This document shows, piece after piece, positions 8,568-16,620 of a stretch of DNA of 40,502 bases. This DNA is from Spirochaetaceae bacterium. GTDB taxonomy: Bacteria; Spirochaetota; Spirochaetia; Treponematales; Breznakiellaceae. A program made the position numbers and the translations under genes. Below the pieces are notes generated by a model. That model was not told where the DNA came from, searched no databases, and was given only the letters and a program-made list of their open reading frames with translations. Where the stretch lies: assembly GCA_031265015.1 (NCBI GenBank), contig JAISDG010000140.1, positions 1-40,502 of the forward strand, read 5' to 3'. Each line of letters starts with the position of its first letter. The stretch's first letter is position 1.

Positions 8568-10852
8568 TGGGCGATTTCCTTTTCAAACCTGTCTATCATG
8601 TCTCTTTGAACTTCTTTTAGCATATCGGTAAAATAAATGCTGAAACCTCCTTTTCGTACAATAACATTGGGGTGTTCCTCCGGATGCTCATAAGCCTGCC
8701 GTAATAATTCAACATTAACACTATTTACCTGAACCTGCATACCTCCCAGCTTAAAATATGATTTCAATAAACCCCTGAATTTTGCTTTATCCTCCCCGTT
8801 TTTCAATATGGCTTTTGAGACATAGATATCAATGGGAACGCCGCCGCTGAATCTAAACTGCGGAAGCTTCGATGCCGCCAGGATAAGATCTGTCGGGGAG
8901 GTTTTTATAACCTGAATTACCGCTCCGGCATTTTTCCCGAAGGGTTCGCCGTCTCTCCTTGAATCCAGCGAGGCATACACGCAATTTCCAAACTGTACAT
9001 TTGCATCGATAGTATGACAAGTAGGAAGAAAGCGAATATTTCCCCTATAGCACAATTCGGAAGCATCGGCAAGGGTATTTAAAACAAACGCGGCGTTTTC
9101 GTCCGCGGCATCGCTTCCGTCCGCATATTTAGGGCATTTTTGCAGTTCCGTATAAATTTCTACGGCTTTACCGGTTTTGCAGTAATTTCCCGCCGCCGCC
9201 GTCTTGATTTCCTCAAGGGTATATTTTCTTTTTTTAAACACCAATTCATCAATTGCGCTTATGGAATCCGCGGCATTCGCGAACCCCATGGATAAAACAG
9301 TTACATTGTGGTATTTTGCGCCGCGTCCCATCCTTATCATCTCAAAATCATACATCTTGTCGGGATTTAAATCCTCCGCGCTTTTCCCCAGCATATGTAC
9401 GGCCGAATAAGCCCTATCCCGCCCAAATTCAATACACCCGTCAAGAAAAATCGATAAAAAAGGATTAGGCCTGTTTAAAGCAACCCATGATGCCTTTAGC
9501 AGATTTTGATGGGCTACATATTCTGTTATTCCTTTAATATACTCCGCATACAAATCTTTGATTACCTTTATAGAATCGGGCTCTTTTGGTTTAACATGCG
9601 CTATAAATTTTCTGCATGACTCCGGCAATTCACCCCTTAAAGGAAACCCTTCATTCACCGCAAGCTCGAGGGGCAGGCTCATATTTACGCAGCATCCCCA
9701 CATATCCGCCAATTCTTTCCCAACAATAATATTTCCCATGCAGCTGTTTACCGAATAGTCATCGTTTTCGGACATTCCGCGATATGCCATCGCATGAAGG
9801 CACGCCTCCTCATTGTAGAACGTTGGCTGTCCAATTTCAAATAGATCTTGTCCGATAAAAGTATCGTATACGCTGTCTGCGGCGGTTTTCTTCATCCTTG
9901 CCGCTATGATGGGAGAACGCAGCTTGATTTGCTTCTCAACCCTTATCAGTAATTCAGAGAATTGATTCCACTCAGGACCAATATTCATTGCACAAGAACC
10001 ATCCCCGTATGAGTCCAGCATTTTAAAAAATGCTTTCAAAAGTTCAACCGCTTCTGCTTCTGTATTACCATCGTTAAGCCATCGCTCAAAATACGGATAA
10101 AGGTATTTGTCTATTCTTCCAAGCGAAACAGATGCCCAGGAACGCTCAGAAGCCGGTGTTATGGTGTGAATGATCCACATTGACTGCAGGGCTTCAAAAA
10201 AAGTATCGGCTGGTTTATATGGTACTTTTTCCAAAGCGCCGATTATACGAGTAAGTTCTTTTCTGCGTTTATCAGAATCACAGTTTTTTAATTTCTCTTC
10301 CGCCAATTGCACATATCTACGGGTAAAGATGCCGGCCGTATTAATACTTTCCAGCATCGCGTGCGCATATTTTCTGCCGTAATCATCAATATCCTTTTCC
10401 AGTCTTTTTTTTATCTTACCCGCATAATATTCCAGTCCTCTGGTCAGAATTGTTTCATAATCAACACAGGTATGTGACGGGGTGTAAATACCGAAAAGCA
10501 TATACGTCCCGCTGATTATTCGTTCTTCTTCATTCCAAACTTTATATTCCCCGCTTTCGCTATATTCATCGGAATCCGCTTGCCGTATTTGTTCCAGCAA
10601 ATCATTCTCCGCAAATTGAACTCCATAATTTCCAGCCAGGAGATCGCCGTCATTTAATCCTATCGGCAGTATTTCAAGAGCTCTTCTTAAAATTAGCATT
10701 TCCCGCTCAGAACTTACAAGCGTATCCTTTGATCCCGAATTCTTTATTTGTTTTCGGGCCAGGTTTGTAGTCATCCCTTTGGGGGGATAGGTTATGGACT
10801 TCATAAACGCTTCTAAATCGAAAGTTTTCAAATTCCAATCTGCATTTTTCAT
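8564..10852 (-). CDS. Glycyl-radical enzyme (PFL-like fold), divergent or orphan subclass
   Basis: 762 aa. GRE landmarks include EALQSMWIIH and GQPTFYNEE. The Cys loop is DDYSVNSCMGNIIVGKE. The C-terminal Gly-radical segment is HPNVIVRKGGFSIYFTDML. A perfect SD (GGAGGTGAATA) precedes the ATG. Confidence 0.9.
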   Translation of the reverse strand: MKNADWNLKTFDLEAFMKSITYPPKGMTTNLARKQIKNSGSKDTLVSSEREMLILRRALEILPIGLNDGDLLAGNYGVQFAENDLLEQIRQADSDEYSESGEYKVWNEEERIISGTYMLFGIYTPSHTCVDYETILTRGLEYYAGKIKKRLEKDIDDYGRKYAHAMLESINTAGIFTRRYVQLAEEKLKNCDSDKRRKELTRIIGALEKVPYKPADTFFEALQSMWIIHTITPASERSWASVSLGRIDKYLYPYFERWLNDGNTEAEAVELLKAFFKMLDSYGDGSCAMNIGPEWNQFSELLIRVEKQIKLRSPIIAARMKKTAADSVYDTFIGQDLFEIGQPTFYNEEACLHAMAYRGMSENDDYSVNSCMGNIIVGKELADMWGCCVNMSLPLELAVNEGFPLRGELPESCRKFIAHVKPKEPDSIKVIKDLYAEYIKGITEYVAHQNLLKASWVALNRPNPFLSIFLDGCIEFGRDRAYSAVHMLGKSAEDLNPDKMYDFEMIRMGRGAKYHNVTVLSMGFANAADSISAIDELVFKKRKYTLEEIKTAAAGNYCKTGKAVEIYTELQKCPKYADGSDAADENAAFVLNTLADASELCYRGNIRFLPTCHTIDANVQFGNCVYASLDSRRDGEPFGKNAGAVIQVIKTSPTDLILAASKLPQFRFSGGVPIDIYVSKAILKNGEDKAKFRGLLKSYFKLGGMQVQVNSVNVELLRQAYEHPEEHPNVIVRKGGFSIYFTDMLKEVQRDMIDRFEKEIAH

Positions 10853-10875
10853 TATTCACCTCCGGAATAAAAGAT

Positions 10876-10907
10876 ATAACCAGCCCATAAGGTTATGAGC
10901 TGGTTAT
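10876..10907 (-). terminator. 32-bp near-perfect palindrome between the binding-protein gene and the GRE gene (attenuator or mRNA-stabilising hairpin)
   Basis: ATAACCAGCCCATAA-GG-TTATGAGCTGGTTAT has 15-nt arms with one mismatch. On the minus strand it is followed by ATCTTTTATT and then the GRE SD. Confidence 0.45.
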
Positions 10908-10923
10908 AGTACAACCGCTTATT

Positions 10924-11931
10924 TTACAAACCGTATTCCGATTTTACTTTTTCAATTGTCTCCCGCTGGAGTTTCTGTTGTTGCTCAAGATACTCTTCAA
11001 CATTCTCTGTGGAAACAATGCTCATTGCCAGTTCAATATCTTCGGCAGGAGGATTTTGGCCTCTGGCAATCATTACCGCTACCGCAATAGCCCTGACCCC
11101 TATCTCATAGGGTATTTGATTTGCGGTAAAATGCATTTCCCCTTTGCTTATCGCTTCAACAGCGTCAGGGGATGCGTCAAATCCGCCTACGATGACAGTA
11201 CCGACCTTGCCGGCGGAACGCAGGGCCTCAATTGCGCCCAGTGCCATCTCATCGTTTGCGGCCCAAACCGCGTCAATATCAGGGTTAGCCTGCAATATGG
11301 TTTCCATAACCGAAACAGCCTGAGCTCTTTCAAGATTTGCCACTTGTTCCGAGACGATTTCGATATCGGAATAAACGCTAATTGCGCTTCGAAAACCATT
11401 CTCCCTGTTCTGGATAACATCCCTGCCGGGCGTTCCAAGAATCATGGCTACTTTCCCTTTTCCATTCAGCCGTTTTCCCAAATAGTCACCGCAAAGATTT
11501 CCGCCTTGAACGTTATCTGCCGTTATGGACACGTTTACTTTGGTTGAAACCCTTGTTCCCGACATCACAACCGGAATACCTTTAGACATAGCTTCGTCAA
11601 TTGCCGTATTAATCCCGTCGGTACTGGTCGGATCTATCGAAATGACGTCAGGATTTGTAGCAATCAGGTTTTCAATTCTTCCAATTTGAGTCCCCGGATC
11701 CCAAGCGTTTGATTCGGGATTCGTTACCTGGTTAATTTCAGCATCAAGTTCCTTGGCCATATCTTTAGAACCGTTGGCAAAAAGAACATACCAGGGATTA
11801 TTGAGCGTGGGCATACTTTGGGCAATGGTTAAAACAGCATTGCCTTCATCCCCGGCGCCTCTTGAACAGCCTGCTACCGCCAGTGAACAAATCAGCGCGT
11901 ACAAAAATAAAATTCCGAATAGCCTTTTCAC
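10924..11931 (-). CDS. Sugar ABC transporter substrate-binding lipoprotein (RbsB-like, type I PBP)
   Basis: It has an RbsB-like periplasmic binding fold. The signal peptide carries a lipobox: LICSLAVAGC. I prefer GTG 11931 (VKRLFGILF..), which has GGAGG 6 nt upstream, over the track start at 11985. Confidence 0.85.
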   Translation of the reverse strand: MKRLFGILFLYALICSLAVAGCSRGAGDEGNAVLTIAQSMPTLNNPWYVLFANGSKDMAKELDAEINQVTNPESNAWDPGTQIGRIENLIATNPDVISIDPTSTDGINTAIDEAMSKGIPVVMSGTRVSTKVNVSITADNVQGGNLCGDYLGKRLNGKGKVAMILGTPGRDVIQNRENGFRSAISVYSDIEIVSEQVANLERAQAVSVMETILQANPDIDAVWAANDEMALGAIEALRSAGKVGTVIVGGFDASPDAVEAISKGEMHFTANQIPYEIGVRAIAVAVMIARGQNPPAEDIELAMSIVSTENVEEYLEQQQKLQRETIEKVKSEYGL

Positions 11932-12017
11932 AATTTTCCTCCTTGGAAAAAAATACAGAAATTCGTCTTTAAAAACAGGAATCATTCATTGTTTCCGGTG
12001 ATCACCTCCTTATCTTA

Positions 12018-12968
12018 TTATTTATTCTTTTTGCGCTTATCAAGAAAAACAGCAATTAAAATTACACATCCAACGATTAATCCCTGAAGATAAGGATTGA
12101 CATTCAATAATACAAGGCCGTTATTTAAAACGGTGATAACCAAAGCCCCCATCAACGTTCCGAATATCCCTCCTTCACCGCCGGTCAGGCTTGTCCCGCC
12201 AATAACAACTGCCGCTATGATGTCAAGTTCTATTCCGCTTGCCGCGCCCGGCTGTCCGGAATTCATTCTTGCGGTAAGTACTATGCCCGCAACCGCGGTC
12301 AAAATCCCATGTACCACATATGTTATTATTTTCCACATGTTTACATTGATACCCGAAAGTACAGCGGCGTTTTCATTTCCGCCTATCGCGTATATATATC
12401 TTCCAAAAATGGATTTCTTTAAAACAAATAGGCCAAACAGCACAACCAATACGGCAATGAGTACCGGCACGGGAACAGGTCCTACCGAACCTGTTCCAAT
12501 AAATGAATAAATTTTGGGTATTCCCGTAATAGGATAACCGCCGCTGTACATCAGGGCGAGACTTCTCGAAATGGTGAGCATGGCCATAGTCGCTATAAAT
12601 GCGGGTATTTTCCCGTAGGTTACTAAAAGCCCGGACACTAAGCCTGTTAAAGTACCGATCAAAAGACCTATACTTACCGCTATACCTACCGTCATGCCTT
12701 CTCTCATAAATCCCGCGATAAGGGTTCCCACCAAAGCCATGACTCCGCCGACTGAAAGATCGATGCCTCCGGTTAAAACTATGAAAGTCATGCCCGTTGC
12801 TAATATCAGATTAATGGAACATTGCCTTGCAATATTTATAAGATTATAAACACTCATAAAATGTTCGGTCAGGATGGTGAAAATGACGCATAAAATAACT
12901 AATCCTCCCAATGCGCCGTTTATACTTACTTGCTTCTTAAGATGCCGCAAAGGCTTATTCACAATCAC
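12018..12968 (-). CDS. Sugar ABC transporter permease (RbsC/XylH-like)
   Basis: 316 aa, polytopic and hydrophobic, with the typical CUT2 permease pattern (GGIDLSVG, GG.S..GG.G). Confidence 0.9.
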   Translation of the reverse strand: MIVNKPLRHLKKQVSINGALGGLVILCVIFTILTEHFMSVYNLINIARQCSINLILATGMTFIVLTGGIDLSVGGVMALVGTLIAGFMREGMTVGIAVSIGLLIGTLTGLVSGLLVTYGKIPAFIATMAMLTISRSLALMYSGGYPITGIPKIYSFIGTGSVGPVPVPVLIAVLVVLFGLFVLKKSIFGRYIYAIGGNENAAVLSGINVNMWKIITYVVHGILTAVAGIVLTARMNSGQPGAASGIELDIIAAVVIGGTSLTGGEGGIFGTLMGALVITVLNNGLVLLNVNPYLQGLIVGCVILIAVFLDKRKKNK

Positions 12969-12977
12969 CCTCCGTAT

Positions 12978-14471
12978 TCAAAATGCCAGCTTCATAATTG
13001 CGTGTTCTTCCAGTTCGTGTCTTTGGAGTTCACCGGCCAGTTCCCCCCTGCGCATTACGATAACCCTGTCGCTCATGCCGATAATTTCAGGTAAATCCGA
13101 GGAAATCATAATTATCGCAGCTCCGGATTTTGCCAACTCGGAGATGATTTTGTATATTTCCGCTTTAGCCCCGACATCTACGCCCCGGGTAGGTTCATCA
13201 AATATAAGCACCTGGTGATTTTTATATATCCATTTGCCGATAACTACCTTTTGCTGATTTCCACCGCTCAGATTTCTGGTCTTAACGTTTAGCCGGTCCG
13301 GTTTTATAGCAAGTTTATGTATTATTTCGTTACCGTTGCCGGCAGTCTTCCTGTTAGAAACAAGCAAAAAATAGCTCATCATATCCAGATAGGGCAGGGA
13401 AATATTATTTTCAATATCCAGGGAAAGGATCAATCCCTCCGATTTACGTTCTTCAGGGATCATGACTATTCCCAGTTTTTTTGCTTTTATGGGAGAATCA
13501 ATTATCACGTGTTTATTGTTTAGGTAAATTTTCCCGGCGCTAATTCTGTTTATTCCTATAATAGCCCTTGCCAATTCCGTTCTCCCGGATCCTACCAGCC
13601 CGCTTATTCCCAGTATTTCACCTTTTTTTACTTCAAAGCTGATATTCCTGATTATCTTATCACAGGAAAGTGAATCCACGCGCAGTATTGTCTCATTTAT
13701 GGTTTTCGCAACGGATGGAAATTGTTCAACAAGATCGCGGCCTATCATCATTCTTGTTATTGCATCTTTGGCAAATTCCTTGGTTTTTAGTTCCCCAACC
13801 ATCTTTCCATCGCGCAATATGCTTACCCGATCGGCAATATGAGGCAGTTCTTCCAATCTGTGGGAAATATAAATTATAGCTAATCCTTCCTTTTTTAGAC
13901 CCATAATTACTTCAAAGAATTTGTTAATTTCCTTAGCGGATAAGACCGCCGTAGGCTCGTCCATTACTACAATTCTGGAATTAACCGATAGTGCCTTGCA
14001 GATTTCAACCAGTTGTTTTTCGGCCACCCCTAAATTTTTTACCCGTTCTTTTACATCAAAATTTGAATCAACCCGCTGTAAAAGCCCGCGCGTTTGTTCA
14101 TATATATTTTTATTGCGGATCAAGCCCGCGGTTATTTTTTCCCGTCCCAAAAAAACATTCGCCGCAACATCCAGGTTATCAACTAAATTAAATTCCTGGT
14201 GGATCGTGCTTATGCCCGCAAAAATAGCATCTTTTGGACTCTTGAATTTGACCGCTTTGCCTTCAAAGGTTATTTGTCCGGCGTCCGCTTGGTATATCCC
14301 CGCCAGAATTTTGATTAATGTTGATTTACCCGCCCCATTTTCTCCGACCAGAGCGTGAAGTTCACCGCGGTTCAAATTAAAATCAACATCAAACAACACT
14401 TGGGTGCCTGAAAATTGCTTGCGGATTCCTTTCATTTCCAATAAATCAGTCATACGCCACCAAATTGTCAC
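12978..14471 (-). CDS. Sugar ABC transporter ATP-binding protein (duplicated ATPase, RbsA/MglA-like)
   Basis: 497 aa with two ABC cassettes: Walker A GENGAGKST, signature LSGGNQQKV, Walker B LIFDEPT. The start is either GTG 14471 or ATG 14453. Confidence 0.9.
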   Translation of the reverse strand: MTIWWRMTDLLEMKGIRKQFSGTQVLFDVDFNLNRGELHALVGENGAGKSTLIKILAGIYQADAGQITFEGKAVKFKSPKDAIFAGISTIHQEFNLVDNLDVAANVFLGREKITAGLIRNKNIYEQTRGLLQRVDSNFDVKERVKNLGVAEKQLVEICKALSVNSRIVVMDEPTAVLSAKEINKFFEVIMGLKKEGLAIIYISHRLEELPHIADRVSILRDGKMVGELKTKEFAKDAITRMMIGRDLVEQFPSVAKTINETILRVDSLSCDKIIRNISFEVKKGEILGISGLVGSGRTELARAIIGINRISAGKIYLNNKHVIIDSPIKAKKLGIVMIPEERKSEGLILSLDIENNISLPYLDMMSYFLLVSNRKTAGNGNEIIHKLAIKPDRLNVKTRNLSGGNQQKVVIGKWIYKNHQVLIFDEPTRGVDVGAKAEIYKIISELAKSGAAIIMISSDLPEIIGMSDRVIVMRRGELAGELQRHELEEHAIMKLAF

Positions 14472-14499
14472 TCGCTAATCAATATGTAAAGATGTAAGT

Positions 14500-14528
14500 A
14501 CAATATGTCATATAAGATTATTTGTCAA
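14500..14528 (-). promoter_or_regulatory. Candidate sigma70-type promoter of the ABC-GRE operon
   Basis: The minus strand reads TTGACA (14528-14523), a 17-nt spacer, then TATTGT (14505-14500). An 11-bp palindrome ATATGNCATAT (14503-14513) overlaps the spacer and the -10. Confidence 0.35.
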
Positions 14529-14545
14529 GTATTTTTTTTATTTTT

Positions 14546-15517
14546 TTAGCTTTTAATCCTGGTGTTATGGGCGGCGAATGCCCCGGCGGGATTTTTCACA
14601 AAAAAATCTTCTATCCGCTTCGGATCAATTCCCCGATCCCGCATGAGGGGGATGAATTTTTCGATAATGTAGGCCAGTCCGGGAACACCGCCGTAGCTTC
14701 CCAGCCTGGCCCGGGTAGTATCCAGGGACATGAGCAACCGATCCCCGTAACCCGCTTCCAGAAGCCCCATAACAAGGGAAAGTTCCTTTTCGTCGTCGTG
14801 GTATCCGGGCCGGCCGATAGTATCATATTCCAGCCAGCTCCCCCGGCGGCAGAGTTCCCGGTGGACCGCGGGATCGGGGACCGCCCGGTCCGGGTGGCAA
14901 TAGATGACCCGGTTTGCGGGGACTCCGGTTTTTTCAAGAAAATCCGCCGGTTCCAGCGGGTTGGAACCTTTTTCGACGTGAACCATCAGGGGCCGGCCGG
15001 TTTTCAAGGCGGCTCTGGCCGCGGCGCCAAAGAGGGTACGGTACCGGGGGATCAGCCCCTCCGTATCCAGGGCTGTCTTGATCTGGCCCGCCCTGGCGGA
15101 ACCCTGTTTTTTGGGAAAAGCCCCGCCGCCGTCCAGGTACATTCCCCGTGTCAGTTCTTCGATAAAAAGCTCCGCCAGGACGTCTTCGCCGGCGGAATGG
15201 ATCCAGTGATCGGCGGGGTAATACGAAAGCTTGTGAAAACCGGTAGAGGCGATGATGTGAAGGGAACTTTGTTCAGCCAGGCTTATCAGGACCGCGGCGC
15301 TTCTGCCGCAGCCAAGGGGCTGGGCGTCTACCAGCGCCCGGCCCCCCACGCGGCGGTACACCAACAGTTCCGCAAGGCTTTTGCCGGGATCGTCGATGAG
15401 CTGCTCCGCCGGAACGGAATGGGCAAAGCTGATGTAGAGGTGCTCATGGCTCTGGCAGAACCCCAGGGAATCGGGGGAAATATCTCCCAAAACCGTGGTA
15501 ATAAGCCCCTTTTTCAT
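14546..15517 (-). CDS. Phosphotriesterase-related protein (PTE/Php family amidohydrolase, possible lactonase)
   Basis: 323 aa. N-terminal G.C.SHEHL metal-binding HxH motif and a PTE-family TIM-barrel pattern. GC-rich, unlike the adjacent cassette. Confidence 0.85.
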   Translation of the reverse strand: MKKGLITTVLGDISPDSLGFCQSHEHLYISFAHSVPAEQLIDDPGKSLAELLVYRRVGGRALVDAQPLGCGRSAAVLISLAEQSSLHIIASTGFHKLSYYPADHWIHSAGEDVLAELFIEELTRGMYLDGGGAFPKKQGSARAGQIKTALDTEGLIPRYRTLFGAAARAALKTGRPLMVHVEKGSNPLEPADFLEKTGVPANRVIYCHPDRAVPDPAVHRELCRRGSWLEYDTIGRPGYHDDEKELSLVMGLLEAGYGDRLLMSLDTTRARLGSYGGVPGLAYIIEKFIPLMRDRGIDPKRIEDFFVKNPAGAFAAHNTRIKS

Positions 15518-15521
15518 GGGG

Positions 15522-16472
15522 TTAACATACCAGGCAGGGGCATTTTTTGCCCGAGAGCACGCCTGCGAGGTTCCGTACCGACATAAGGGCCATGGCGGCG
15601 GTGGCTTCGGCGGTATGGGACGCCGTATGGGGGGTCAATACCACATTGTCCAGGGCAAAGAGGGGGGACGCCCGGGGCGGCTCCGCCTCGAATACGTCCA
15701 GCCCCAATCCTCCCAGATAGCCGGATTGGAGCAGTTCACAGGCGGCGTCTTCGTCTATCAATCCGCCCCTGGCGGTGTTGACGATAACGGCTCCCCTTTT
15801 CATGGACCTCATCACCTCCGCGGAAATGATATGCCTGGTTTCACCGGTCAAGGGAAGGTGGAGGCAAAGAAAATCCGCTTCTTGTATGACGGTGTCAAAA
15901 GCGGCGGGGATGATCCCATTGGCTTGGGCGTAGTCTTCGTCCAGACAGGGATCGTAAGCCATGATCCGCATGGAAAAACCCGATCCCCTTTTGGCCACCG
16001 CCCGGCCCACGGCCCCAAGCCCCAGAATGCCGAGGGTTTTGCCGTAGAGTTCCACCCCGGTTGAGCGGGGCCACCGGCCGTTCCGGGTATCCCGGTCCAG
16101 CCGGGGAATCCGCCGGGCGGCGCAGAGGAGGAGGGCCACGGTCAGATCCGCCACCGCCTGGGCGTTGGCCCCGGGGGTATTGCAGACCCGGATACCCCGT
16201 TTTTTTGCCGCTTCCAGATCAATCCGGTCGAAACCGGCGCCGTACCGGGAAATTACCTTTAAATCCGGGGCGTTTTCCAGTACCCTGGCGGTAAAATGAT
16301 CCAGCCCCGCGATACAGCCTTCACAGCCCGGGAGAAGGGAAATAAGCTCATCCTCCGTCAGGGGCCTGTCCCGGGGGTTGAAAACCAGCGTGTCCGCGAA
16401 GGAACGAAGCTCCTCCATGGCGGGACCCCCGGTATCACCCTTAAACGACGTGGCGGTCACCAGAATTTTCAT
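15522..16472 (-). CDS. D-isomer-specific 2-hydroxyacid dehydrogenase (PGDH/GyaR-like)
   Basis: NAD-binding site GILGLGAVGRAVA and catalytic-region motifs (..R..VNTARG.., TPHTASHT). I prefer ATG 16472 (MKILVTA), which is preceded by AGGGGG. The stop lies 4 nt before the PTE start. Confidence 0.85.
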   Translation of the reverse strand: MKILVTATSFKGDTGGPAMEELRSFADTLVFNPRDRPLTEDELISLLPGCEGCIAGLDHFTARVLENAPDLKVISRYGAGFDRIDLEAAKKRGIRVCNTPGANAQAVADLTVALLLCAARRIPRLDRDTRNGRWPRSTGVELYGKTLGILGLGAVGRAVAKRGSGFSMRIMAYDPCLDEDYAQANGIIPAAFDTVIQEADFLCLHLPLTGETRHIISAEVMRSMKRGAVIVNTARGGLIDEDAACELLQSGYLGGLGLDVFEAEPPRASPLFALDNVVLTPHTASHTAEATAAMALMSVRNLAGVLSGKKCPCLVC

Positions 16473-16503
16473 AAAACCCCCTAAAATCATTATATGTCAT
16501 TAC

Positions 16504-16532
16504 ATACTAACAATAGTACTTTTTTTCGTCAA
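16504..16532 (-). promoter_or_regulatory. Candidate sigma70-type promoter of the dehydrogenase-PTE operon
   Basis: The minus strand reads TTGACG (16532-16527), a 17-nt spacer, then TAGTAT (16509-16504). The palindromic TATGT-catt-ACATA element (16493-16506) overlaps the -10 and continues just downstream. Confidence 0.35.
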
Positions 16533-16620
16533 GGGCTTTACATTTTCCCCGGTATGATTTATTGTTAATCCGGGTTTGTCAGTTTGTCATGACTTTAAAC
16601 GGGAGAACCTAAGGGTATTT

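Noticed and set aside
9689-9697. The Gly-Cys-Cys triplet (G386-C387-C388) in the GRE as a PFL-style catalytic Cys-Cys pair
   Set aside because: A by-eye alignment anchored on DDY...IVGK places C371 (NSCMG) at the PFL C418/C419 position. The GCC triplet lies about 16 residues further on, where PflB has FFGARAN. A structural alignment is needed for certainty.
11932-11985. Track-predicted start of the binding-protein gene at 11985
   Set aside because: GTG 11931 has a GGAGG SD at optimal spacing and gives a standard lipoprotein signal peptide. The extra 18 residues would bury it.
7629-14545. Calling the AT-rich cassette a mobile element or genomic island
   Set aside because: I could find no integrase, transposase, tRNA attachment site, inverted terminal repeats or flanking direct repeats. 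Only compositional evidence for horizontal origin exists, so it is reported as a finding and not as a mobile_element feature.
14522-15586. 354-aa plus-strand ORF covering the PTE-like gene region
   Set aside because: It is antisense to a gene with clear PTE-family motifs (HEHL and others). Its composition is Gly/Pro/Arg/Phe-rich, as expected for the antisense frame of GC-rich coding DNA. It has no recognisable motif or SD.
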